Shown here in pieces: positions 12,904-24,300 of a stretch of 64,000 nucleotides of DNA. Source of the DNA: Eledone cirrhosa (lineage: Eukaryota). A program made the translations under genes and the position numbers. The DNA is taken from NCBI GenBank assembly GCA_964016885.1, contig OZ024745.1:75144001-75208000 (forward strand), written 5' to 3'. Numbering within the stretch: the stretch's first letter is position 1; each line of letters begins with the position of its first letter. Below the pieces are notes generated by a model that did no database searches, was not told the DNA's origin, and saw only the letters and a program-made list of their open reading frames with translations.

Positions 12904-15900
12904 TATAGACATAGAATATTCGAAAATATTCTGTATGTTTATAATAAACATTTTGAAGACCTAATCGCTATAGAATAGAATACGTCACGTATTACAATTA
13001 GATTCTCGATAAAAGCAAGGGAAGTAATCTACGCGTTTCATTCTTGTTAGAAATCATCAGGACCACATATCCAGTGCTTTTATCGAGAATGACACAGCTA
13101 GAGACTTATAGAATACTTAGCTGTGTACAGGAACTGGTTTGAAAGAGCGGTTGCCGGTCCGGCAGAAATTAGAAATTGGAATAAATGCTCTGAAATAGCG
13201 ATATATATGTGAATATAGACATAGAATATTCGAAAATATTCTGTATGTTTATAATAAACATTTTGAAGACCTAATCGCTATAGAATAGAATACGTCACGT
13301 ATTACAATTAGATTCTCGATAAAAGCAAGGGAAGTAATCTACGCGTTTCATTCTTGTTAGAAATCATCAGGACCACATATCCAGTGCTTTTATCGAGAAT
13401 GACACAGCTAGAGACTTATAGAATACTTAGCTGTGTACAGGAACTGGTTTGAAAGAGCGGTTGCCGGTCCGATTCCAATTTCTAATTTCTGCCGGACCGG
13501 CAACCGCTCTTTCAAACCAGTTCCTGTACACAGCTAAGTATTCTATAAGTCTCTAGCTGTGTCATTCTCGATAAAAGCACTGGATATGTGGTCCTGATGA
13601 TTTCTAACAAGAATGAAACGCGTAGATTACTTCCCTTGCTTTTATCGAGAATCTAATTGTAATACGTGACGTATTCTATTCTATAGCGATTAGGTCTTCA
13701 AAATGTTTATTATAAACATACAGAATATTTTCGAATATTCTATGTCTATATTCACATATATATCGCTATTTCAGAGCATTTATTCCAATTTCTAATTTCT
13801 GCCGGACCGGCAACCGCTCTTTCAAACCAGTTCCTGTACACAGCTAAGTATTCTATAAGTCTCTAGCTGTGTCATTCTCGATAAAAGCACTGGATATGTG
13901 GTCCTGATGATTTCTAACAAGAATGAAACGCGTAGATTACTTCCCTTGCTTTTATCGAGAATCTAATTGTAATACGTGACGTATTCTATTCTATAGCGAT
14001 TAGGTCTTCAAAATGTTTATTATAAACATACAGAATATTTTCGAATATTCTATGTCTATATTCACATATATATCGCTATTTCAGAGCATTTATTCCAATT
14101 TCTAATTTCTGCCGGACCGGCAACCGCTCTTTCAAACCAGTTCCTGTACACAGCTAAGTATTCTATAAGTCTCTAGCTGTGTCATTCTCGATAAAAGCAC
14201 TGGATATGTGGTCCTGATGATTTCTAACAAGAATGAAACGCGTAGATTACTTCCCTTGCTTTTATCGAGAATCTAATTGTAATACGTGACGTATTCTATT
14301 CTATAGCGATTAGGTCTTCAAAATGTTTATTATAAACATACAGAATATTTTCGAATATTCTATGTCTATATTCACATATATATCGCTATTTCAGAGCATT
14401 TATTCCAATTTCTAATTTCTGCCGGACCGGCAACCGCTCTTTCAAACCAGTTCCTGTACACAGCTAAGTATTCTATAAGTCTCTAGCTGTGTCATTCTCG
14501 ATAAAAGCACTGGATATGTGGTCCTGATGATTTCTAACAAGAATGAAACGCGTAGATTACTTCCCTTGCTTTTATCGAGAATCTAATTGTAATACGTGAC
14601 GTATTCTATTCTATAGCGATTAGGTCTTCAAAATGTTTATTATAAACATACAGAATATTTTCGAATATTCTATGTCTATATTCACATATATATCGCTATT
14701 TCAGAGCATTTATTCCAATTTCTAATTTCTGCCGGACCGGCAACCGCTCTTTCAAACCAGTTCCTGTACACAGCTAAGTATTCTATAAGTCTCTAGCTGT
14801 GTCATTCTCGATAAAAGCACTGGATATGTGGTCCTGATGATTTCTAACAAGAATGAAACGCGTAGATTACTTCCCTTGCTTTTATCGAGAATCTAATTGT
14901 AATACGTGACGTATTCTATTCTATAGCGATTAGGTCTTCAAAATGTTTATTATAAACATACAGAATATTTTCGAATATTCTATGTCTATATTCACATATA
15001 TATCGCTATTTCAGAGCATTTATTCCAATTTCTAATTTCTGCCGGACCGGCAACCGCTCTTTCAAACCAGTTCCTGTACACAGCTAAGTATTCTATAAGT
15101 CTCTAGCTGTGTCATTCTCGATAAAAGCACTGGATATGTGGTCCTGATGATTTCTAACAAGAATGAAACGCGTAGATTACTTCCCTTGCTTTTATCGAGA
15201 ATCTAATTGTAATACGTGACGTATTCTATTCTATAGCGATTAGGTCTTCAAAATGTTTATTATAAACATACAGAATATTTTCGAATATTCTATGTCTATA
15301 TTCACATATATATCGCTATTTCAGAGCATTTATTCCAATTTCTAATTTCTGCCGGACCGGCAACCGCTCTTTCAAACCAGTTCCTGTACACAGCTAAGTA
15401 TTCTATAAGTCTCTAGCTGTGTCATTCTCGATAAAAGCACTGGATATGTGGTCCTGATGATTTCTAACAAGAATGAAACGCGTAGATTACTTCCCTTGCT
15501 TTTATCGAGAATCTAATTGTAATACGTGACGTATTCTATTCTATAGCGATTAGGTCTTCAAAATGTTTATTATAAACATACAGAATATTTTCGAATATTC
15601 TATGTCTATATTCACATATATATCGCTATTTCAGAGCATTTATTCCAATTTCTAATTTCTGCCGGACCGGCAACCGCTCTTTCAAACCAGTTCCTGTACA
15701 CAGCTAAGTATTCTATAAGTCTCTAGCTGTGTCATTCTCGATAAAAGCACTGGATATGTGGTCCTGATGATTTCTAACAAGAATGAAACGCGTAGATTAC
15801 TTCCCTTGCTTTTATCGAGAATCTAATTGTAATACGTGACGTATTCTATTCTATAGCGATTAGGTCTTCAAAATGTTTATTATAAACATACAGAATATTT

Positions 15901-16577
15901 TCGAATATTCTATGTCTATATTCACATATATATCGCTATTTCAGAGCATTTATTCCAATTTCTAATTTCTGCCGGACCGGCAACCGCTCTTTCAAACCAG
16001 TTCCTGCACACAGCTAAGTATTCTATAAGTCTCTAGCTGTGTCATTCTCGATAAAAGCACTGGATATGTGGTCCTGATGATTTCTAACAAGAATGAAACG
16101 CGTAGATTACTTCCCTTGCTTTTATCGAGAATCTAATTGTAATACGTGACGTATTCTATTCTATAGCGATTAGGTCTTCAAAATGTTTATTATAAACATA
16201 CAGAATATTTTCGAATATTCTATGTCTATATTCACATATATATCGCTATTTCAGAGCATTTATTCCAATTTCTAATTTCTGCCGGACCGGCAACCGCTCT
16301 TTCAAACCAGTTCCTGTACACAGCTAAGTATTCTATAAGTCTCTAGCTGTGTCATTCTCGATAAAAGCACTGGATATGTGGTCCTGATGATTTCTAACAA
16401 GAATGAAACGCGTAGATTACTTCCCTTGCTTTTATCGAGAATCTAATTGTAATACGTGACGTATTCTATTCTATAGCGATTAGGTCTTCAAAATGTTTAT
16501 TATAAACATACAGAATATTTTCGAATATTCTATGTCTATATTCACATATATATCGCTTTTTCAGAGCATTTATTCCA

Positions 16578-16584
<7 letters not shown>
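12900..16584 (+). mobile_element. Retrozyme-like tandem array: 310-bp unit, 10 sense copies (13472-16584) + about 1.85 inverted copies (12900-13471)
   Basis: gccggaccgg recurs at 13491, 13801 ... 16281 (period 310); only two substitutions seen (16007, 16558); one HHR per unit; (TA)n on both sides. Confidence 0.85.
13588..13630 (+). ncRNA. Type-I hammerhead ribozyme (first sense copy; repeats every 310 bp)
   Basis: GTGGTC-CTGATGA-T-TTCT(aaca)AGAA-T-GAAA-CGCG-TA-GATTAC; stem I GUGGUC/GAUUAC, palindromic ACGCGT in stem III, predicted cleavage after GUA at 13624. Confidence 0.85.
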
Positions 16585-16616
<32 letters not shown>

Positions 16617-16621
<5 letters not shown>

Positions 16622-17022
16622 AATGAATAATAACAGGTAGACATCATAAAAAGGTAATTTATTCCGTGTGCTTACATATCAAATATCAAATGCTGTGACC
16701 ACTGTATCATCAGAGCAGAATGGTTAAAATACAGTGGGCACAGCATTTGATATTTGAGTTTTGCAAATAGTTGTAAATTTGCAGATAGCATAACTAGGCT
16801 GTATAACCACCGTGGAAACATTTGTAAGCACACGGAATAAATAACCTTTTTATGATGTCTACCTGTTATTATTCATTCTTTATCTACACTCCGGAATACA
16901 GAAGGATCAGGAACTAAGTTTCTTCAACAATTCTTCCATAACTCGTTGAGTAACCTCTCACCGTACGTCAACCATATCCAGTGTAGTAATTAACCATTAC
17001 TGCATCTAGGATAATCCTATAC

Positions 17023-17025
<3 letters not shown>
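16617..17025 (+). mobile_element. PLE-end-like remnant with inverted arms (about 16617-16677 / 16822-16882) and tail
   Basis: aaagaatgaataataacaggtagacatcataaaaagg is the reverse complement of ccttttta...attcattcttt; GAAACATTTGTA partial HHR motif; in (TA)n. Confidence 0.55.
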
Positions 17026-17060
<35 letters not shown>

Positions 17061-17355
17061 AATAATGGAGCTGCGGCGTTGCAAATGGGTTACATATGAA
17101 AAAGTTTGCCCTTCATCAGTGGCCATCCAACCGTCGTAGGCATTTCGTCGCTTTAAAGGCCATATACCTCAAATTGGTGCGAGCAACGGCTAAAAAAAGT
17201 CGTTGGGACACGTAAATAAAGGGGACGCTAGGGTAAACAAACAAAATGGTTTAAGCAACAGAAAGTGATATATATATATAAAAGTGATATATATATATAT
17301 AAAAATATATAAAATGATACGAAACGAAAGGAGCTGTGTGGTTACTAAAAACAAG

Positions 17356-17507
17356 GTTTAGGATGGTGGTTAGGATGGAACAAGAGGAGAAAAAAAGAAA
17401 TAATCCTTCATCAGCTCAGAAACATCTGGATCGCAGAATTTTACAGCTGACGAAGGATTCTTTCTTCTTTTCTCCTCTTGTTCCGTCTTAACCACCATCC
17501 TAAACCC
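17356..17507. repeat. Imperfect inverted repeat containing CTGA(C/T)GAAGG half-HHR motif
   Basis: ggtttaggatggtggtt...ccttcatcagct / agctgacgaagg...aaccaccatcctaaacc. Confidence 0.6.
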
Positions 17508-17519
17508 TATATATATATA

Positions 17520-18008
17520 CAGGGTGCGGACGATATTTGTTTGCAAGATTACTGTCTAGGAAAAAATAACAGAGTAGTTTTATTTTTTAAGATATATTTA
17601 TCAAACTTGGGTCAGTTTGTCTTCATGACTTGTTCTTTCGATCTCACTCGATAAACCTGCCATTGGCTTTGATGAAGGCCTCAAGGCGGCCTCGAAACCG
17701 GCTACAGGCCTTCGTCACTGTCCCCTGACTTAGGCCTCTAAAGGCACTTGTGATCCTGGCCTTCAGATCGTCTTTCGTATTGCAGCTAGATATGTTGGTG
17801 TCTCGTCCCACTGCGCCCCACACAAAGAAGTCGAGGGGGTTGCAGTCAGGCGAGCTGGGAGGCCAGATGTCAGGTGAAGTGTGGTTGACGAAGTTCTCTG
17901 ACAGCCAGGCTTGGTTCTTTTGGCTGGTATGGCAGGGCGCTGAGTCTTGCTGCCACACGTACGGCCTACCTGCAGCTACCTGGTCGATCCAGGGCTTTAC
18001 TACCTCGC
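17520..18008 (-). mobile_element. Tc1/mariner-superfamily transposon 3' fragment with terminal repeat
   Basis: ORF 17644-17958 WQQDSAPCH...WPPSSPDCNPLDFFVWG (D..D catalytic region); end TA|CAGGGTG. Confidence 0.88.
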
Positions 18009-18793
18009 TCAGAACGCGGATGTAGTAAAGAGATTGGTGGTACTTGTTTCCTGTGGCTGTTTGCTGCTTGCTGTCTCAGCATAGCTGCTGCATGTGAAGC
18101 CTACATTCTTAATTAAGCTTCCTGAGATCCCGCTACATCTCTTGTGTACCCATTGTTTGCATTTGGGGCAGAGAATGGAGTTCCTACCTACAACTTTCGT
18201 ACATACTGAGCAAGGCCATTTCCCTGAGGGGATCTGGGTTCTGTTTTCTCGTCTACTTACAAGGACCTTAGTCTTTGTCATGTTGACTTTGAGACCCTTT
18301 CTTTCTAATCCCTGCTTCCAAGTTTGGAATTTATTCTCTAGTTCTACCATAGATTCAGCTATGAGTGCGAGGTCATCAGCATACAGGAGTTCCCATGGGC
18401 ATCCGGTCTTAAACTCCTCCGTTATTGCCTGCAGGACTATGATGAACAGGAGGGGGCTAAGAACAGAGCCCTGGTGGACCCCAACCTGTACGCTAAATTC
18501 CTCGCTATACTCATTGCTAATCCTAACTTTGCTGACTGCTCCCCTATACATGGCTTGTACCGCTTTCACAAGCCATTCATCTACTCCTAGTTTTCTAAGA
18601 GCCCACCAGATTACAGCACGTGGAACTCTGTCAAAGGCTTTCTCAAGGTCGACAAATGCCAAGTAGAGTGGCTTACTTTTAGCTAGGTACTTTTCCTGTA
18701 ATTGCCTCACAAGGAAGAGGGCATCAGTGGTGCCTCTTCCTAGTACAAACCCAAATTGCATCTCGTCTATTTTCACCCAGTCCCTAATCAACT

Positions 18794-18798
<5 letters not shown>
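18009..18798 (-). mobile_element. Internal RTE RT fragment
   Basis: QFGF, DLEKAFD, GVHQGSVLSP, YADD, PHD-like Cys cluster. Confidence 0.9.
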
Positions 18799-18841
<43 letters not shown>

Positions 18842-18867
18842 CAACTGTGACATATATATATATATAT

Positions 18868-20702
18868 GGGACGGGGGTGTATTTTGTTAGAGATGCCTAC
18901 TGACTGTAGTAGGTTTTACTTTGTATTTAGGTAAGGCGGGTCTTCTCTGTTACTGAGTACCGCCAAAGGTCTCGGTCCAGTGACATTGTCTTGGAGAGGT
19001 GGAAGTGTGTGAGGTCGGAATTTATCAGCTCGTCCCAAGTTTTTCTGGGTCTGCCTACTCCGTAGCTACCATCTATCTTTATTGCCCTGCACTTTGTTAT
19101 ACAGTTGTCGTCTTTCATGCGCATCACGTGACCATACCAACGTAGCCTTCTCTCGAGTAAACAACATCTGATCCCTCTTATTTCTAATTTTTTCCTTAGT
19201 TCGTTTATGCTTTGCCGTTCACGTATATTACTATTACACATCCAGCGGAGCATGCAAGCTTTGTTCCTCTCTAGTCTGCGTATATCCTCTGCACACAATG
19301 CCCAGGTCTCACTGCCATGCAACATTGCTGTTCGTATGCAGGCATCATACAACCTGCCTTTCATTTTTAGGGAGAACCCTTTAGCGGCTAATAGTGGTAT
19401 AAGCTCTCTGAACTTTTTCCATCCAGTTCTGACTCTAGCTACTGTACTTTCAGAGCACCCTCCCCCACTGCTGATTTTGTCACCCAGGTAACGGAAGCTG
19501 TCCACTATTTCTATAGAACCCTCTGCGCAATTGAAAGAGCTAGTATTTTGTGGGCACTTGCTGCTACTTATTGCACCAGAGCACCGGCCACATGTAAAAT
19601 CTGTGTTCTTAGTTAGCTTACCTGTGATCCCACTACATCTTTTATGCACCCATACTTTGCATTTGGGACATAAAATGGAGTTTCTACCTACGCCTTTCCT
19701 ACACACTGAGCATGGCCATTTCCCGGAAGAGACCGGCGCCTTATTTTCTTTCCTAAAAACTAGAACTTTAGTCTTAGCCAGGTTAATTTTAAGGCCTTTT
19801 GATTCTAGGCCGTGCTTCCATGTTTGGAATTTCTTCTCTAGCTCGGCCATTGATTCAGCTATGAGTGTTAGATCATCTGCGTATAGGAGTTCCCATGGGC
19901 AGCCGGTCTTGAACTCCTCTGTTATAGCCTGAAGGGCAATAATAAATAGTAGGGGGCTAAGAACAGAGTCCTGATGGACACCAACTTTTACGCTAAACTC
20001 TTCACTATATTCGTTGTTAATTCTAACCTTGCTGACTGTTTCTTTATACATGGCTTGTATAGCTCTCACAAGCCATTCGTCAACACCTAGTTTTCTAAGA
20101 GCCCACCAGATAATGGAACGGGGGACTCTGTCGAAGGTTTTCTCCAAGTCGACAAAAGCTAAGTATAGGGGTTTACTTTCAGCTAGGTACTCCTCCTGTA
20201 GTTGTCGTACAATGAAAAGAGCGTCTGTGGTACTTTTGCCTGACACAAACCCGAACTGCATTTCATCTAGATCAATTCTCTCTCTGATTAGTTGCGCTAT
20301 TACTTTTTCCGTGACCTTCATGACCTGGTCGATTAATTTAATGCCTCTATAGTTACTCCTATCTAGGGCGTCTCCTTTACCCTTGTAACAGTTAACGATG
20401 ATGCTGCTACGCCAGTCCTTCGGAACAACCCCATTCTGTATGACTTGGTTTACTATCCGGGTGACCATGGTGTGTCCCACCGTACCAGAGGCTTTCAGCA
20501 TCTCAGCAACTATTTCCGAAGGCCCAGCCGCCTTACCCGTCTTCATATCTTTGATTGCCTTACTTATTATACTACCTTCGACTAACACTGCTGATCCCTC
20601 TCTTGGGTCGATGAGGGGGAGACTGTCTTTCTCCCATTTATTCTCCTCATTTAGTAGCCTTTCGTAGTGACACTTCCAAGCTACCTTCTTATCAGCGTCA
20701 GT
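18868..20702 (-). mobile_element. 5'-truncated RTE LINE with uninterrupted 553-aa RT ORF (18927-20588)
   Basis: Complete RT motif set, PHD-like finger and RTE C-terminus in a single frame. Confidence 0.95.
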
Positions 20703-20751
20703 ACGTATGTATATATATATATGTATATATATATATACGTATGTATATATA

Positions 20752-23335
20752 TATGCATCTTATTCTACAACTATGAATATGGCCCAAAACATTGCTAAAA
20801 TAAACAGTAAAATTCTAAAGCAGAATTAGCATAATGATTTTAATAATAGTGTTAACATAAATAATAATAAATCAAAATGTAGTTGTAGAAATAAACCAGA
20901 TTGCCCTCTGCAAAATAATTGTTTGGACAGTAATTTGGTGTATAAATGCACCGTAAAAACTGATTACAACACATACAACTACATAGGACCGACTTCTACA
21001 TTTAAGGCTAGATTTGAAATCATAAATGCTCATTTTCGAATTCTAATAGGAAATCATCGATTTCTTTATCACAGCTTATATGGTCATTAACAGACAAAAA
21101 TTTAAAATACTCTATCTTTTGGACGAAACTTTGTAATAGTGGAGTTTATTGCAACTCAAGTATATCAAGTAACTGCGCTCTCTGTACAATGGAGACCCTA
21201 TTGATAATTAATAATTATGAAAACTTAATTAACAAAAAAAGTGAATTATTCTCAAACTGCCTTCATAAAGCTTTGTCTACATTCCAAGCCTCGCATAAGG
21301 TCAGGAAAAAACAGTAAGCAACCAAGCCTGGCTTTTAGACGTACATCATCAATTGTTGGAAATATAAATCATAATGGCTTATAAAACTTTAATAATGCTT
21401 TATCTTCTAATCATTTATAATGGAAATAATGTTTGAATGAATGACACTTGTTTAAGAATATGTTGGCAGGTTGATATACATAATCTATGGCTTTTTGGAT
21501 ATTATTAACTTTGATCCAGACCTTTATTTTTCTATCTCTGTTTTAAATATAGTTTTGATATCTAACCTGTAAATTTTTACGGACCTTATTTTGAACTGTG
21601 GATCATTCATGCGTTTACATTTTTATATATATCTATGTATTTTATAGTTATGCATGTATGAATCTATTATCTAAGATTATAATCGTTATCCTTTACTAAA
21701 TGTATACCGTCTCATTAATACTTAGTATATCTCTCTATATGTAGTTGGTGCAAATATGTTTATATTGTATAATAACATAATCATAATTATAGTTCGGTAT
21801 TTCATCATTATCATTATCATCATTTTACATCCACTTTTCCCTGCTTACAAGGGTGGGACGGGAACTGATTCTGGCTTGATTTCTACAGCTGGATGCCCTT
21901 CCTAACACCAACCTCATTTACAGTGAGTGTTGCATGCTTTTTTGCCGTGGCACCTCCACGACCACTTTGCAGTGGAATGATAGGGACCCCAGACCCTATC
22001 ATCTCATTTCTACAGCTGAGTAAACTGGAGCAATATGAAATAAAGTGTCTTGCTTAAGGAAACAACACATCACTCGGTCTGAGAATTACTCACAACCTTT
22101 CGATTGCAAGCTCAATGCTCTAACCACTAAGCCATGTGCCTCCATTATATCTCTGTATATAGCTTTGTGCAAATATGTTTATAATGTATAACACAATCAT
22201 AATTTTAGTTCGGTATAACTCTATATATAGCTTGTGCATATATATTTATATTGTATATTAACATAATCATAATTAGAGTTTGGTTCTTCCCTTGAAGGCT
22301 GAACTAATGTAGTGATAATATATGAACAAATAATAAAAAATAATAATTTATAGTCCTCTTATTACGATCAATGCACACATATATATATATATATTTACAG
22401 CTGAAAACTCTGGTTTAATTGTTATACTTTAGACACTATAACTATTTAACAATAAATTCCTTGATAATTATAACTGTAAATACTTCATAAACTATACATA
22501 CGGAAAATGTTGACACTGTTACAAGTAATATTGTTAAAGATTACCTTTGCGTGAATATTGAACAGTATATATTTTTCTTTCACGGGCCTAGTAAATCCTT
22601 TAAATTTGTTTTAATAAAACTTTGAATTTTAGAAATTTAACACATTTATAAAATTTAACACATTTATAAAATTTACAACACAAATAACCATCAACTTTTA
22701 AAACCTAAAATTTTGATTCGTTACCCTAAAATAACAAATTAAATTAAATATTTTGAAATTTAACTGCCAAGGCTATACATGTTTATATGTGTCTGAAGAA
22801 TATTTGTGCATAAATTACTCCCCTTTATCTCTCTCTCTTTAATTATCTATCAGTTGCATTCTCAAACTAAAAACTAAAAAAATTATAACTCCAGATATCT
22901 ATAGTCTTCCTCTATAGTCCTACAGTAGTATTTCAAACTTTAAAAACTCTATAATTGTTACATTAAAGCAATGTTTGTTTTACTCACACTCTCTATTGAT
23001 TCTATTACGTTTTCGCATGTTCTCATTTGTAGGGTATAAATATTGAGTTTTCTCATAAGTTAATCACTACCTTGATTAAATCTTAACCATCTAACATGTC
23101 AGGGTATGTCATGTATCATTTTATTTTATCTGATGAGGACGCACTGTTGAACTTGATTCAAGTACCTCTGAAATATGTATAATAAAATTTAATTGATCAC
23201 AAGAACATCTATTTTGTTAATATTTGAATTTAATATTAACAACTCTGGAAAATATACTCTGTAGAGTGCTTTCAATCTACTGTAAAACTCATTCTTTGAT
23301 GTACTCATTGAATCTTGTTTAACTCTATAAAACAT
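20752..23335 (+). mobile_element. Degenerate Penelope-like element: GIY-YIG remnant, long AT-rich 3' region and HHR-like motif
   Basis: About 20875-21015 translates KCSCRNKPDCPLQNNCLDSNLVYKCTVKTDYNTYNYIGPTSTFKARF (PLE GIY-YIG); CTGATGAGG...CCTCTGAAATATGTA at 23130-23179; right boundary uncertain. Confidence 0.7.
21802..22143 (-). mobile_element. tRNA/CORE-like SINE with RTE tail, nested in the PLE remnant
   Basis: Reverse complement of the 6898-7193 and 45187-45528 family. Confidence 0.88.
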
Positions 23336-23361
23336 ATGTATATATATATATATATATCTAT

Positions 23362-23636
23362 CTATCTAAGGCGGGTAAAATTCCCGAGATCCATGGACGA
23401 GTTCTCTCCAGCAGTCTCTGTCCCTCATTATCGCTGCCATGTCCTGCGTCTTCAACAGACCAGTGTCTGTCCTTAGGGCATCAACATACGTTAACCTTGG
23501 TCTTCCTCTTCTAGTGTGTCCATGTAGCGGCTCCCAAAGGAGCACTGAGTGCAATGTCAACGCTGGATGTCGGTGAGCATGTCCAGCTAACCTCAGTCTC
23601 CTCTGTGTCACTTTTGAGCTGACTTTTGGGATGCTT

Positions 23637-23640
<4 letters not shown>
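23362..23640 (-). mobile_element. 3' fragment of a second RTE family
   Basis: RRLRLAGHAHRH...GRPRLTYVDAL...DRDCWR; same family as 53128-53545. Confidence 0.85.
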
Positions 23641-23704
<64 letters not shown>

Positions 23705-23720
23705 ATGATATATATATATA

Positions 23721-24182
23721 TCATCATCATCATCATCGTTTAACGTCTAGCATGGGTTTAGACGGGAATTGTCCCACTTGAGGCAAGATTGGTCGTCTCG
23801 CTCGTATAGGACTGTCTGGCAGGTTTTCTACGGTTGGATGCCCTTCCTAACACCAACCACGTTTACAGTGTGGACTGGGAGGTTTTTACCGTGTTACCTA
23901 TACGGCCACATTACAGCGTGGACTGTGTTTTTTTGTCGTGACACCTACACAACCTCATTTATTTAGGTCTGGATGTTGTGGTACCAACATAACTTTACAG
24001 AGTAAGGGGTGGTGTTGATGGGGGTGGGGGAGTTGGGGTAGTGGGATGGGGGTGTATGTTTGATTAAGAGGTGCCTACTGACTAGGTTTCACTTTGTACT
24101 TAGGCAAGGCGGGTTTTCTGTATTACTGCGTAGCGCCATAGATCTCGGTTCAGTGACATTGTCTTAGAGAGGTGTAAGTGTG
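23721..24182 (-). mobile_element. RTE 3' end/UTR
   Basis: Reverse-complement homolog of 7490-7960. Confidence 0.85.
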
Positions 24183-24229
24183 TATATATATATATATATA
24201 TATATATGTATTTATATTTGCAGGTCATT

Positions 24230-24300
24230 ATGGATGGAACAGAAGAGGTAATGAACTTTGGTGAAGAAGATTTGGTTGAGCGAGGAGGGAAGAAAGTGAA
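24230..24300 (+). CDS. TVP23: Golgi apparatus membrane protein TVP23, coding exon 1
   Basis: MDGTEEVMNFGEEDLVERGGKKV; acceptor ttgcag at 24223, donor gtaagt at 24301; phase fits the next exon. Confidence 0.8.

Noticed and set aside
13472-16584. CRISPR array or ordinary centromeric satellite
   Set aside because: Units are identical over their full length with no unique spacers and no cas genes, and the context is eukaryotic. The HHR per unit and the PLE-type ends fit a retrozyme better.
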